From the sequence record NC_061440.1: DNA of 64,000 nucleotides; one strand, given 5' to 3'. Each line of letters opens with the position of its first letter. Position 1 is the first letter of the stretch. Positions 44,585 to 54,413 of the stretch are shown in pieces. The notes below the pieces were generated by a model, which saw only the letters and a program-made list of their open reading frames with translations, searched no databases and was not told where the DNA came from. Made by a program: the position numbers and the translations under genes.

Positions 44585-45774
44585 CCGAAGATGAAATGAA
44601 CATCGACCACATTCGCAACGCCACGAAATCTATCTTCACTTCTGGCACCGTTCAGCAACGTGACGCTCTGCGTTCAATCGCTAACACTGTGCTTGCTCCT
44701 AACGCCATGTTTGCGTGTGAAGTCGAGGCGCCTGATGTGGAAACCGCGTATCGTCTGCTGGAAGAAATCAAATTCACTGGCGACGGCACTAACATGCTTC
44801 CTGCCGATGAAGTGTATGCGCTCGATTCCATTCTGAGTAAGAAGTGGAAGAAAGACTTCTTTGAAGCAGTGCGCAATATCGCGCTGACAATGTACAGCAC
44901 CGACCCTGTGTCTGCCGGTAAAGGCTTCTGGCCACGCAATCAAGGCGAGTTCAATCAGTTGATCACTCGCGCTTTCGTCTGGGTGTTGGCTCAAGAAGGT
45001 CTGAAAAATCTTTTGAAAGATTCGACTGTCGTTAGCCATACGCGTCTTGCTCAATTCATGATCGCAACGCAACTCGTAGGCAAAGACGAACCGAATCTGC
45101 GCCACTTCACAACGTATCGTCCATATCAGGACACAGGTGGTGTGAACTGCGACAACATTCTGCCTGAGTCTTATCTCGAACAAATTCGCGCAGAACGCCG
45201 TGCAGGCCAGCCGCCAGAATATGAAGCTGCCAAGAACATGTCGTTCTCTGACCTGGCTGATTTGTGTGAGCGCTTGAACGTCATTGGCCCGGGTTCGACT
45301 AAACCCGTAACCTGTAATTGCCCTGTCGGTGAACTTTGCGAATGCGAAGAAGACGAATACCAGACGCGTGACGATTTTGACGAAGACCAGGAGGAGTTGC
45401 TGGAAGAGTTCTATCGTAAATTCGGCTTCCCTCACGATGAAGATGAAGACGAGCCCGAAGAAGAAATCTGGCGCGAAGGTATCTCGCTCATGGAAGTTGA
45501 AGTCGATCTGCCTACTGTGCGTCTGACTCTTCCAGAAGCCGGTGTCCGCAGAGACTCACGCATGAAAAAGCCGATGCAGAAATCTCGCCGTAACAAGATT
45601 CTGCTTACGGCTGAACAACAAATCTGGCACAAGGTTGATACTGACCCTGTGTCCGCAGATCGTCGCTTCGCTATCAGCCTCGTATCTCGTCATACGTGCG
45701 GTGTTAGTCGCCCTGTCGCCACGCAGCGTGAAGCACTGGCAATCGCCGCTGCTTTAGCTGAACTCTGCAAGTAA
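44581..45774 (+). CDS. hypothetical protein (397 aa) with acidic tract
   Basis: Long ORF; ends AELCK inside the promoter box. Confidence 0.8.
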   Translation: MTEDEMNIDHIRNATKSIFTSGTVQQRDALRSIANTVLAPNAMFACEVEAPDVETAYRLLEEIKFTGDGTNMLPADEVYALDSILSKKWKKDFFEAVRNIALTMYSTDPVSAGKGFWPRNQGEFNQLITRAFVWVLAQEGLKNLLKDSTVVSHTRLAQFMIATQLVGKDEPNLRHFTTYRPYQDTGGVNCDNILPESYLEQIRAERRAGQPPEYEAAKNMSFSDLADLCERLNVIGPGSTKPVTCNCPVGELCECEEDEYQTRDDFDEDQEELLEEFYRKFGFPHDEDEDEPEEEIWREGISLMEVEVDLPTVRLTLPEAGVRRDSRMKKPMQKSRRNKILLTAEQQIWHKVDTDPVSADRRFAISLVSRHTCGVSRPVATQREALAIAAALAELCK

Positions 45775-45819
45775 CTGGTCAGAATAGCGCTTCTTCGTGA
45801 GGCGCTTCTATGATACAAT
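45761..45819 (+). promoter_or_regulatory. conserved phage promoter, copy 6
   Basis: AACTCTGCAAGTAACTGG-TCAGAAT, 25 nt, TG-A-TACAAT. Confidence 0.8.
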
Positions 45820-45885
45820 CATAGATAGAGCAATATCGCTCTCAACGTTTTATCAACCATACGTTTAAACACGGGATTGTCATTT

Positions 45886-46188
45886 ATGTCACGCACTATT
45901 TCACGCAAGAAAGCCTTAGAGTTAATGTCCAAAACTTATAACGCCAAGCACCCTGAATATCTTCCGCGCCTGATGGCCGAAGATATGGATTCGAAAGACC
46001 TGTTCGAATTCCGTGAAGATGTTGTCGCCCAGATTCGTGCTGGGAAAGATCCCGTTAAGGTTGTTGATGATATGATCGACAACGCTATTCGTGTGACTTT
46101 GGTTCGTCGTCGTTCGAGCAACGACTATAATCCGAAGATTGCCGACGTGCTGACTGATGAAATTCGTGACCTGCTTCGTAACCTGTAA
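45886..46188 (+). CDS. hypothetical protein
   Basis: ATG 45886 after GGGA. Confidence 0.7.
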   Translation: MSRTISRKKALELMSKTYNAKHPEYLPRLMAEDMDSKDLFEFREDVVAQIRAGKDPVKVVDDMIDNAIRVTLVRRRSSNDYNPKIADVLTDEIRDLLRNL

Positions 46189-46197
46189 GGAATAAAA

Positions 46198-46749
46198 ATG
46201 AAAAGCTACGGTTACTTCTATATGTTGAACCATATCGCTATGGCCGTAGACGCACCCAACAAGGAAGTTGGGTTTAAAGCAATGGTTGAACTGGATATGT
46301 TTAACCGCGCGTCTATCTTCACTCGACCTGATGCAGAGCCTCGTGCCGCGCAACTGGTCAAAGACCTCACTGCCGCCATCTACCCTGTCGGTGACTGTCA
46401 CCCGACCGTAGAGCAACGCATGATGCTGGTGCAAGCGCTGCATGACCAAGAGCTGGAAAAGATTCTTGGTTCGATTCGTTTCTTCGTGCCGTTCGCGTAC
46501 ACAAAAGAAGTGTTATGCGATACGTTCGGATTCTTCGACAACGGTGATACGTTGAGCATTCCGTATTTTCTGCGTCACCACTTCATGGATGACCAAGCTG
46601 TCTTCTATGACGGCAAACTGACCAGCTTCGCGTATTCGTGTTCGCACGGCGAAGTGTCGCAGACTGCCAGACAGTATGGTCTGTTCCCTGCATACGCTTA
46701 CGGTAAGAACGATATACCTGAGCAATTCAAACATCTGCCTCTATTCTAG
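46198..46749 (+). CDS. hypothetical protein (183 aa)
   Basis: AAGGA RBS. Confidence 0.75.
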   Translation: MKSYGYFYMLNHIAMAVDAPNKEVGFKAMVELDMFNRASIFTRPDAEPRAAQLVKDLTAAIYPVGDCHPTVEQRMMLVQALHDQELEKILGSIRFFVPFAYTKEVLCDTFGFFDNGDTLSIPYFLRHHFMDDQAVFYDGKLTSFAYSCSHGEVSQTARQYGLFPAYAYGKNDIPEQFKHLPLF

Positions 46750-46757
46750 GAGACACT

Positions 46758-47222
46758 ATGGGAGTAGTTAAAGGCATAACCGCTACCACGTTCCCTGCAC
46801 GTGGGCGTGACGAGGGCCAGAAGATTGCTCTCAAGACGCGCTGGGGAATCTACCCAGCCGTTATCGTGCGTCAAGACAACGACAATCCGTATAACGAGAT
46901 TTGGAAGGTCGATGCAAAGAATCTTCCTCGTCGTTACTTCACTGAGGTAGATGACCTGTTCGTGTCTCGTAAGTTCATCGAGAACTATCCGAAGCTCTCG
47001 CCTATCTGTGAGAAAGGCGAGTACGAAGACAAGTTCGTTGACGTTGTGTTTGACCATGACGTGCAAAACAAATGTGAAGGCGTTGTCGTCACACATCGCA
47101 ACGCTCTGCTGGTCATTCTGATAACGACAGGTCCGCATGAAGGTCGTTATGTCACAGGCAAAGAATGTCAGTACGCCGTGAAGCCTCGCACGGTTAAGGA
47201 CCTGATCGATGAAAACGAATAA
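46758..47222 (+). CDS. hypothetical protein (154 aa), beta-rich
   Basis: AGGAG RBS. Confidence 0.7.
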   Translation: MGVVKGITATTFPARGRDEGQKIALKTRWGIYPAVIVRQDNDNPYNEIWKVDAKNLPRRYFTEVDDLFVSRKFIENYPKLSPICEKGEYEDKFVDVVFDHDVQNKCEGVVVTHRNALLVILITTGPHEGRYVTGKECQYAVKPRTVKDLIDENE

Positions 47223-47490
47223 AGGTAATTTCCTTGAGCGCTTGAAGTCCGGCGAAACTTTTTACATGCACATTAGCGGTAAGAAGAAGGGCCAACCACG
47301 TCAAGGTGTTTCGTTAGGCCATGACGCTCGATACAAAGACCTGATGATGGCTGTCGGTGGTGTTGCATTCACTCACGGTTATAAGAACGTTCAGGTATCA
47401 TTCAGCCGCAACATCATGGCAGACTCTGATGGTGTTGTGGTGTTTCGCGTTAAACAATCAATCACTGTTAAAGAAGAAAGGACGTACTAA
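47209..47490 (+). CDS. hypothetical protein (93 aa)
   Basis: AAGGA RBS. Confidence 0.65.
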   Translation: MKTNKGNFLERLKSGETFYMHISGKKKGQPRQGVSLGHDARYKDLMMAVGGVAFTHGYKNVQVSFSRNIMADSDGVVVFRVKQSITVKEERTY

Positions 47491-48017
47491 TGCAATTCTT
47501 AATCAAGCCAGAAGATCGTTTCCCGAATTTCATCCCGCCTAAACGCGCTACTGCGAAAGCTGCGGGCTTCGACCTGTTCGCGCAGGAAGATATGATCATC
47601 ACGGGCGACACCGTGCTGTTCGATCTGGGCTTCCGTACTAAAGTGCCAAAAGACCACGTTGCTATCATCTTCCCACGTAGCGGCCTGGGCGCTAAGTTCC
47701 AGGTGCAGTTGGCAAACACGAACGGTGTTATCGACGAAGACTACACTGGCATCTGGATGGCTGCTCTGCATCTCGGCGGTAAAGGTACTCAGGTACAACA
47801 ACTCGACTGGCTGAGTGCTGCATACGAGCAATCCAGCTTCACCGAAATCCCGGACATTGACGACGACGAAGATCAGAAAGCGTTGTTGATTAAACGCGGC
47901 GATGCGTTCGCGCAGGTGTTGTTCTTCCCTGTGCCAGAAGTCGAAGTGGTTATCACGCACGAACCTCTGCCTGAAACAGATCGTGGTGACGGCTGCTTCG
48001 GTTCCACAACGAAGTGA
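47490..48017 (+). CDS. dut: trimeric dUTPase with an internal insertion
   Basis: Five motifs: AAGFDL, PRSGLG, GVIDEDYTG, AQV, RGDGCFGST. Confidence 0.95.
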   Translation: MQFLIKPEDRFPNFIPPKRATAKAAGFDLFAQEDMIITGDTVLFDLGFRTKVPKDHVAIIFPRSGLGAKFQVQLANTNGVIDEDYTGIWMAALHLGGKGTQVQQLDWLSAAYEQSSFTEIPDIDDDEDQKALLIKRGDAFAQVLFFPVPEVEVVITHEPLPETDRGDGCFGSTTK

Positions 48018-48229
48018 TTTACTTCTGGCTGATCTTCGCAGCGTACTACGTTGTCGGCATTGTCGTGTTTGCCAGTGACCTAAAAGAAACGTCCGACGAT
48101 GTGATGCTGATGCGCCAGTTCAATGAAGAACTGAATCGCATGACCAATCTTGAACTAGTTTGGGATGCGATAAAACTTTTGCTATTCGTGGTGTTCATCC
48201 ACATTCCTTGTTGGATTCTCCGCGTATAG
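48014..48229 (+). CDS. small membrane protein
   Basis: Two hydrophobic segments. Confidence 0.65.
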   Translation: MIYFWLIFAAYYVVGIVVFASDLKETSDDVMLMRQFNEELNRMTNLELVWDAIKLLLFVVFIHIPCWILRV

Positions 48230-48244
48230 TGACGTTACTCACAC

Positions 48245-48267
48245 GAGGAGCCTTACGTGGGCTCCTC
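48245..48267. terminator. hairpin
   Basis: GAGGAGCC...GGCTCCTC. Confidence 0.55.
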
Positions 48268-48287
48268 ATTATCGTAATATAAATGCT

Positions 48288-48602
48288 ATGGGAAAGAAAA
48301 CTTATCTGCTGCCCCGCGAGCGCCCTAGCCCTCTGCCGAACTTACGTGCCTATCTCGCGTATCTCGCCCGGAAGCCTAATGCTAACCGCGAAGTATTAGA
48401 AACGTATTGCAATCAGAGTCTGGCCCAAATGCGCCGTGAGCGGTTCTTTGTTGGTAAGCTCTTTGCCTATAAAGTGTATACGAAGTCGAACAAGCTCGCA
48501 TACACGGTTGTCTGGATTGACCCGTACAACTATGACTGCCTTGTTCTGAATCACCAAAGGAGATGCGTAGAGTTTAAAAATTTATACGGCCTGCTTTTAT
48601 AG
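48288..48602 (+). CDS. hypothetical basic protein (104 aa)
   Basis: ORF; weak RBS. Confidence 0.55.
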   Translation: MGKKTYLLPRERPSPLPNLRAYLAYLARKPNANREVLETYCNQSLAQMRRERFFVGKLFAYKVYTKSNKLAYTVVWIDPYNYDCLVLNHQRRCVEFKNLYGLLL

Positions 48603-48639
48603 TTAGGTCCTAGCGCCTTCACACTAGGAGATTCTTCCA

Positions 48640-49320
48640 ATGATAACTGTTCTTAACAATCGTACCGACGAGGTAATGAAACGCCTAAACGTAGCAGTAT
48701 GGGTTTGTGTTGCTTTCGCATTTGCTGTTTTAATCGCAGTGTTGAATACGCCCGCTAACGCCAGCATGTCTACAGGCCCTGACAACGCCATTGATATGTC
48801 TTCAACCGTGTCACTCGATCCCTCCAATCGTGTGGCGACTAAATACAAGGAGATAGAAAAGGCAGTAGCAGTAAAAGACGAACGAAGGCCAAAACGCTAT
48901 GTAACACGCGAGCGCCTCCGACAACTCTATGCGCACTTGCCTCATCCAACAGACCTTGGCAAGCAAATTGATTTGGCCGCAGAGAAGTATCAGGTAGATG
49001 CGAAGCTGCTTCTTTCCATCTGCGTCTCCGAGTCGCATCTCCGTGCAAAGGTCAGAAATAAGTCTGGCGCAACTGGCTTATGTCAGATTATGCCAAACAT
49101 GCACGGCCGTTCTGTTAAAGAACTTATGGACTACCGGGTCAATGTTGATCAGGCAGCCCAAATCGTAGCGCTACTAAACAAGCAGTGTAAAGGACGACGC
49201 GCCTGCGTCATTCAAAGTTACAACACTGGTTGGGGAGCATATTTAAAGGGTGTACGTTCACCACAATACTTAGCTAAAGTTCAGACCGAGTATCGCCGCA
49301 AGCATACTCCTTCTTCCTAA
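48640..49320 (+). CDS. soluble lytic transglycosylase (SLT) domain protein with N-terminal TM/signal
   Basis: ICVSES (catalytic Glu), GATGLCQIMP, NV..AA.., SYNTG; hydrophobic N-terminus. Confidence 0.85.
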   Translation: MITVLNNRTDEVMKRLNVAVWVCVAFAFAVLIAVLNTPANASMSTGPDNAIDMSSTVSLDPSNRVATKYKEIEKAVAVKDERRPKRYVTRERLRQLYAHLPHPTDLGKQIDLAAEKYQVDAKLLLSICVSESHLRAKVRNKSGATGLCQIMPNMHGRSVKELMDYRVNVDQAAQIVALLNKQCKGRRACVIQSYNTGWGAYLKGVRSPQYLAKVQTEYRRKHTPSS

Positions 49321-49332
49321 GAGGATATAATA

Positions 49333-49983
49333 ATGAGCATCAATATCGCCGCGCTGTACAAAATGCAATTCCAGTTGTTGAAGCCGCTATCTCCACGTCA
49401 AGAGTTTGCTCTCGTTGTGCTGCTCTCCGATGACCTGCGTGACGGTGATGTTAAAGCACTGGCAGAAGTAATCATCCGTGACTACCCGCATGTAGGCCGT
49501 CTGTATGACGCGTTCGCTGCGGCTAATCAGTTTGAAAATGCGGTACCGTTCATCGTACCTGTGCTGAACTCCGAAGAAGTGACAGAAGAAATCTTCTGCA
49601 TTCGTGACCACGCGCTTGTCGTTGCACCTGAACTGCGTGACCTTCTGAGTCAGGCTCTGGATCGTGTCGAACAGATGCGTGAAAGTCCTGATGAACTGCG
49701 TTTCTGCGAAGGCGCCAAGCCACTTCAACTCGGCTGGTTCATTGATTGTATGCTCGACGCATATAACTGCGGTGTGTTGCCTATGATCGTGCGCCCTACG
49801 AAAGACCAGCAAGCGATGCGTGATGACCGTCTGCTGTCTTTTGAAATGCTGCGTGATAGCAACATGTTCTCTGGAAGTCTTGACTTTACTAAGGCGCTAC
49901 AGCCGAGCGAACGTGCTCGCGTTATCGCCCAGCAATTGTTAGCGCGTCTGCGTCATAACTCGCTGCGTGTGGTAACACAATAA
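49333..49983 (+). CDS. hypothetical protein (216 aa)
   Basis: GAGGA RBS. Confidence 0.75.
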   Translation: MSINIAALYKMQFQLLKPLSPRQEFALVVLLSDDLRDGDVKALAEVIIRDYPHVGRLYDAFAAANQFENAVPFIVPVLNSEEVTEEIFCIRDHALVVAPELRDLLSQALDRVEQMRESPDELRFCEGAKPLQLGWFIDCMLDAYNCGVLPMIVRPTKDQQAMRDDRLLSFEMLRDSNMFSGSLDFTKALQPSERARVIAQQLLARLRHNSLRVVTQ

Positions 49984-49988
49984 AACTC

Positions 49989-50020
49989 AACGGGAGACCT
50001 TAACTGGTTTCCCGTTTTTC
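49989..50020 (+). terminator. intrinsic terminator
   Basis: AACGGGAGACC...GGTTTCCCGTTTTT. Confidence 0.75.
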
Positions 50021-50051
50021 ATTTCTGCGCAAATTTTTAAGGACTACCACA

Positions 50052-50993
50052 ATGACTAAAATGATCAACATGCCGTTTGCTACTTCTTCTAGTCGTAGCT
50101 CATTCTTCTCGGCAAAAGTTCGTGAACTCGATCTCCAGAGCGTCTGGAGCTACGTTGTATCAAACAACAATCCACAATGGCAAGGCGACCCATTGCTGCA
50201 CCACATGCACTATCATTCTACCGAGCACATGAAGCAAGTAACTGCTCTCGCCCTGTGGCTGCTGAATGAAGAAGCCGAACAACCATGGCAGTATGATCTG
50301 GGTGCGCTGCCTCTGGCTATCGCCTGTATGTTCCACGATATGCACCACTCTCTTGGCCGCTTGAGCGATGCAGTCAACGTGCGTACTGCACAAGACGCTT
50401 TCAAACAATATGTGACCGTGTGTGAAGACCAACGCATTATCGACCAGCAGGAAATCATTCTCGAACTGATAGGCGTTACGGAATTCCCGTACATGAAGAA
50501 TCGCCAGCCGAAGAATCTGGTTGAGCGTTGCATTCGTGATGCGGATATTCTCTACGGTATGCAGGACGATGCACTGGACGTTGTGATGTTCGCACTGCGC
50601 CGTGAAGTGAATCGTGCCGTGAACAAGCCAACACACTTCACGCCAGAACAGTGGGCAGTAGGTCGTGTTGACTTCCTCATGTCTGTTGAGATGTATACGC
50701 CTACAGCAAATGCGATCATGGACTGGCTGTTGGCAAAAGACAACGATCACAATCATCAGTCTAAGATTGATAGCTGGATGCGGGATAACGTTATCTTCCG
50801 TGATACGTCAGCACACAAGCTCCAGGCCAATGATGTGTTGTTTATCGACACTGAGGCAGACAGTACGCCGAAGCGCCGTTTGATTGAACGTGTTGAGTCA
50901 GTACATCCGTACATCAACTTCTATTTCCACGACGGCGAAGCTATCTCGCTGCGTGACGGTGAGAGTTGTGTGGTCTGCGAAAGACGCAAATAA
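50052..50993 (+). CDS. HD-domain metal-dependent phosphohydrolase
   Basis: YHSTEH, ACMFHDMHH, TEFPY, IRDAD. Confidence 0.8.
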   Translation: MTKMINMPFATSSSRSSFFSAKVRELDLQSVWSYVVSNNNPQWQGDPLLHHMHYHSTEHMKQVTALALWLLNEEAEQPWQYDLGALPLAIACMFHDMHHSLGRLSDAVNVRTAQDAFKQYVTVCEDQRIIDQQEIILELIGVTEFPYMKNRQPKNLVERCIRDADILYGMQDDALDVVMFALRREVNRAVNKPTHFTPEQWAVGRVDFLMSVEMYTPTANAIMDWLLAKDNDHNHQSKIDSWMRDNVIFRDTSAHKLQANDVLFIDTEADSTPKRRLIERVESVHPYINFYFHDGEAISLRDGESCVVCERRK

Positions 50994-51037
50994 TAGGCTG
51001 AAATAGGCGTATACGAACCACGTGCCTGTGATATAAT
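50986..51037 (+). promoter_or_regulatory. conserved phage promoter, copy 7
   Basis: GCAAATAATAGG-CTGAAAT, 24 nt, TG-A-TATAAT. Confidence 0.8.
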
Positions 51038-51069
51038 ACGCATAGGCACACATAATAGAGAGAACTTGA

Positions 51070-51774
51070 ATGAAATACTTGAAGCGCATTCATCCCGGTG
51101 TGGACGCAAGTCTGTTTGCGATTAACGGAATCGTAATACCGATGGCTTTCTTCTACATGGACGTCACTATCCATGATCAAGAACGCGGCGACAAAGAAAT
51201 AAAGCTCGGTGTGCGTATGAATCCACACGTTCCTGTAGAATCCTATCTGCCTGGCGTGGACTACAGAACGTTTATTCCAGTGTTAGCCTGCGACCCATCT
51301 GATGACGAAGGGTTCCATACGGAGCTGGGATTCATTGACATTAACAGTCGCTATGTTGATCTGCATCACCAGAAGCGAACGTATCTTGCTTATCTAGGTT
51401 CGTTGCCTGATGTTGCAGAGTCCGATGTGCGCGACAAACGATATGTATGTCCGATAGACATACGCCAAATACCGCCGCACCCTGACATGCCTCAACGTTT
51501 CCGCAATACACCACGTTACGGCGCTACGATTCGCACTGATTACCTGCGTACCTCTGCCATCGATCAGATCGACGATGAAACGTGGGAAGCGCTGCGCACC
51601 ATTGACCACGCTAAAGGTACTACGTGGTCACAGTTTTTAGACGCCGCAACGTCAGGGCGCTTCACGCCACACGATGATCTGTCAGACTGTTTGGAGAACA
51701 TCGACCACGAGTACATGCCTGAACATATCTTCAAGCGTATTCGTATCGCTCAATTCGAGAAAAGAAGGAACTGA
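51070..51774 (+). CDS. hypothetical protein (234 aa)
   Basis: First gene after the promoter. Confidence 0.75.
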   Translation: MKYLKRIHPGVDASLFAINGIVIPMAFFYMDVTIHDQERGDKEIKLGVRMNPHVPVESYLPGVDYRTFIPVLACDPSDDEGFHTELGFIDINSRYVDLHHQKRTYLAYLGSLPDVAESDVRDKRYVCPIDIRQIPPHPDMPQRFRNTPRYGATIRTDYLRTSAIDQIDDETWEALRTIDHAKGTTWSQFLDAATSGRFTPHDDLSDCLENIDHEYMPEHIFKRIRIAQFEKRRN

Positions 51775-51776
51775 TC

Positions 51777-52007
51777 ATGATGCACGATTTGTATAAGGTG
51801 AGTGCTATCCTGTTCTACACGCTAGGCGCTATGGCTTTCCTTGCACATATCGTAGGCTTCATGAAGAACTGGATGAAAATTCAGGAGATGCGCCAGAAAG
51901 CAAAAGCGAAAGCCGCTAAGGTGCGCTCTCCACTGCAAGACATTAAACGCCGTCTGCGTAAAGCAGAAGAACGCGCACGGCATCGCCCACGTAAATTGAG
52001 AGACTAA
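51777..52007 (+). CDS. small membrane-anchored basic protein
   Basis: N-terminal TM segment, basic tail. Confidence 0.65.
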   Translation: MMHDLYKVSAILFYTLGAMAFLAHIVGFMKNWMKIQEMRQKAKAKAAKVRSPLQDIKRRLRKAEERARHRPRKLRD

Positions 52008-52009
52008 TC

Positions 52010-52318
52010 ATGGCTGAATTAACCCGCGACGATAATCTGGCGAACAAAGTACAACGTGCTTTGGAAATCTGCTGGGAAGAGACAACGAAGCGTAATGAAG
52101 GTGAACACACCTATGCGTTTCTCGCGTCTGAGTTTGCCGCTAACGGTAAGAACTTGTTTGATGGCGAATTGCGAATGCTGAACGCCATGTTGCGAGATGC
52201 CGTTAACATCAACATGTACGGCCGTTACGTTGCAACCGTTTATACAGGCAACAAAGGTATCATGGTCGCGTTCCAGCCTGTAGCCGATCTGGAAGATATC
52301 ATCGAAATGAGGCTCTAG
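52010..52318 (+). CDS. hypothetical protein (102 aa)
   Basis: In-operon ORF. Confidence 0.7.
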   Translation: MAELTRDDNLANKVQRALEICWEETTKRNEGEHTYAFLASEFAANGKNLFDGELRMLNAMLRDAVNINMYGRYVATVYTGNKGIMVAFQPVADLEDIIEMRL

Positions 52319-52319
52319 C

Positions 52320-52895
52320 ATGGAACAGATTGATATGTTTGAAACGTATGGCCCACATGAGATCTCTGACTATACTCAACTTGAGTATGAGCGTCTGACC
52401 GGTGAGTACATAGCGAAATGTGACCGCAGAGTGCAGGCTGCCTTCGGTGACCCAATTCTTACGGCGGAGTTTCGGGAAAAATACCCGATGCTTGTGCCTG
52501 GCAAATTAAAGTTTCGTAAGAAGCTGGTTATGGTCCAGGAGTTCGTGCTCGTTACACACGACAAGCTCAAGGCGAGCCTGCTCAAGAAACAGGGCAACGT
52601 TCGGCAGACAGGTAATATCGATCCGCAGTACCTGATCAATGTGTACAATCACACCGAGAAGGTAGCGTTGTTCCTGCGCGACTTTGAAGACTTCATGGAA
52701 CACTTCATGAATGCCATTCACCTGTTTACGGTCGCAACTGTGTATGACGGTCGTCTGTTAGTCTTTGCAGAGAATGGTGATCCGCTTGTCTCCTCAGAGG
52801 AAACGTTGGCGATGCTCACCGAGATTGAGCACTTCATCAACCGCAGCAAAGTGTATCGCGTACACTCACAACACGCCATCTACCGTACAATCTAA
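52320..52895 (+). CDS. hypothetical protein (191 aa)
   Basis: GAGG RBS. Confidence 0.7.
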   Translation: MEQIDMFETYGPHEISDYTQLEYERLTGEYIAKCDRRVQAAFGDPILTAEFREKYPMLVPGKLKFRKKLVMVQEFVLVTHDKLKASLLKKQGNVRQTGNIDPQYLINVYNHTEKVALFLRDFEDFMEHFMNAIHLFTVATVYDGRLLVFAENGDPLVSSEETLAMLTEIEHFINRSKVYRVHSQHAIYRTI

Positions 52896-52942
52896 TCCAT
52901 CAATCACGGCGGCGCTCACGGGCGCTGCATAGGAGAAACATT

Positions 52943-54379
52943 ATGTCATTCGATCTTCGTCAAAACTTACTGCTTGTTCGTGACGCTACCTTGACAGGCA
53001 AGCCGCTGTTTTATTTCTACAACGCCATGGGGCGTGAGATGGTCCTCACTGGCGATGTGCTGCGTGAAATCATTGATCGTCAGAAAGAAGGTACGCTCTG
53101 CACTAACACTTACTGGGGTTTCGCTTCTGACCCTACGCTGGAAGTTTGGTCGTTCGACGATAACAATGACCTAATGCTTCATCATCACGTAGGCAAGTCC
53201 TGCAAAACGTTCCTGCCGTATGAGATGATTGAGAGTGCGCATGAAGGCTTCAAGCCAATCAATGGTCTGTTCATCGAAGACAGCCTGCGCCGTATCATCC
53301 GTATTCATCTCAAGGCAACGTGCCGCGAAGAACAAAAGATCACTTGGTTCGCCGATCTGCCTGAGCCTGAAATGCGTAGTATGTTGCTATCTCTCGGTGT
53401 TGGTCCTATGCGTGTATCGCGTGAAGACAAAGAAGGTCTGATCAAACTTCATGACCGCTGGCTCGAAGACTTCGACGACAAATACAAGTACACGCACAAC
53501 GCAATCGGCTTGGACGACAACGAAAAAATTCCTGCTGACTATCGCCCTGAACGCATTCGTGATATTACGAAGCGCACTATGTCTAACGGTAAGACTCAGG
53601 AAATGATGGACCAAACTCTGAATGACCTGTTGCGTCAGTGTCGTATTCGCGGTGATATCCCACATCCTGGTCGTAACTTCAATCGCTACCAGTTGACATG
53701 CTATTACGCAACGCATTTGATCTTTGCGCAAGATGCGAAAGAGAAAATGGTTGAACTGATCGATAATCCGCAATTCGTGGTCAACTTTATTTATGGTTGG
53801 TATCCGGACTACACATGGATTACGATCAACGAAGAAACGTTCGAGTATCAGCGGTCTCTGGTACGTGCCGCGCTGATCAGTTTGCAGCGTAATGTACAGA
53901 ATGAAGTAAGTGTGTACAAGATCGATCATGGTATGGTTACGTTCGCAGATAACTTTGACCCACATGCAGACGAAGAACCAGAAGATGACGGTCGGGTGGA
54001 TGACGAAGAAGACGAGATTGAAAATGAACCTGAGCAGGAACGTGTGCCTCTGCCACGTAAATTCCCGGTGATGTTGCATCATAACCGCATCGACCACGAT
54101 GTTATTCGTCGCTCTTTGGTTCAGATGAAGATCATTGCGAGCCAGAGCGCTCTCAATAAACTGTTTAAGAAAGACGGTTTGACCGTTGCCCAGCAACACG
54201 CAGCATATCGTACAATGCTGAAAAATGTTGTTCTGGATCCAGCACGGGACGTACTGAGCAAGCTGTCTGATTCGTCTTTATGTGCGCTGGCCATGAGCCT
54301 GACTAAGCTGAAAGACGGTGATGGCTATCCTCGTGACAATGCGTACCTGAAAGAACTAATTAAACACGCGGTCAAGTGA
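52943..54379 (+). CDS. hypothetical protein (478 aa) with Rho-N-like segments
   Basis: AGGAG RBS; FADLPEPEMRSMLLSLGV...KEGLIKL. Confidence 0.8.
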   Translation: MSFDLRQNLLLVRDATLTGKPLFYFYNAMGREMVLTGDVLREIIDRQKEGTLCTNTYWGFASDPTLEVWSFDDNNDLMLHHHVGKSCKTFLPYEMIESAHEGFKPINGLFIEDSLRRIIRIHLKATCREEQKITWFADLPEPEMRSMLLSLGVGPMRVSREDKEGLIKLHDRWLEDFDDKYKYTHNAIGLDDNEKIPADYRPERIRDITKRTMSNGKTQEMMDQTLNDLLRQCRIRGDIPHPGRNFNRYQLTCYYATHLIFAQDAKEKMVELIDNPQFVVNFIYGWYPDYTWITINEETFEYQRSLVRAALISLQRNVQNEVSVYKIDHGMVTFADNFDPHADEEPEDDGRVDDEEDEIENEPEQERVPLPRKFPVMLHHNRIDHDVIRRSLVQMKIIASQSALNKLFKKDGLTVAQQHAAYRTMLKNVVLDPARDVLSKLSDSSLCALAMSLTKLKDGDGYPRDNAYLKELIKHAVK

Positions 54380-54413
54380 ATCGTAAACATACCTATCATT
54401 GAAGGGAAACAAA

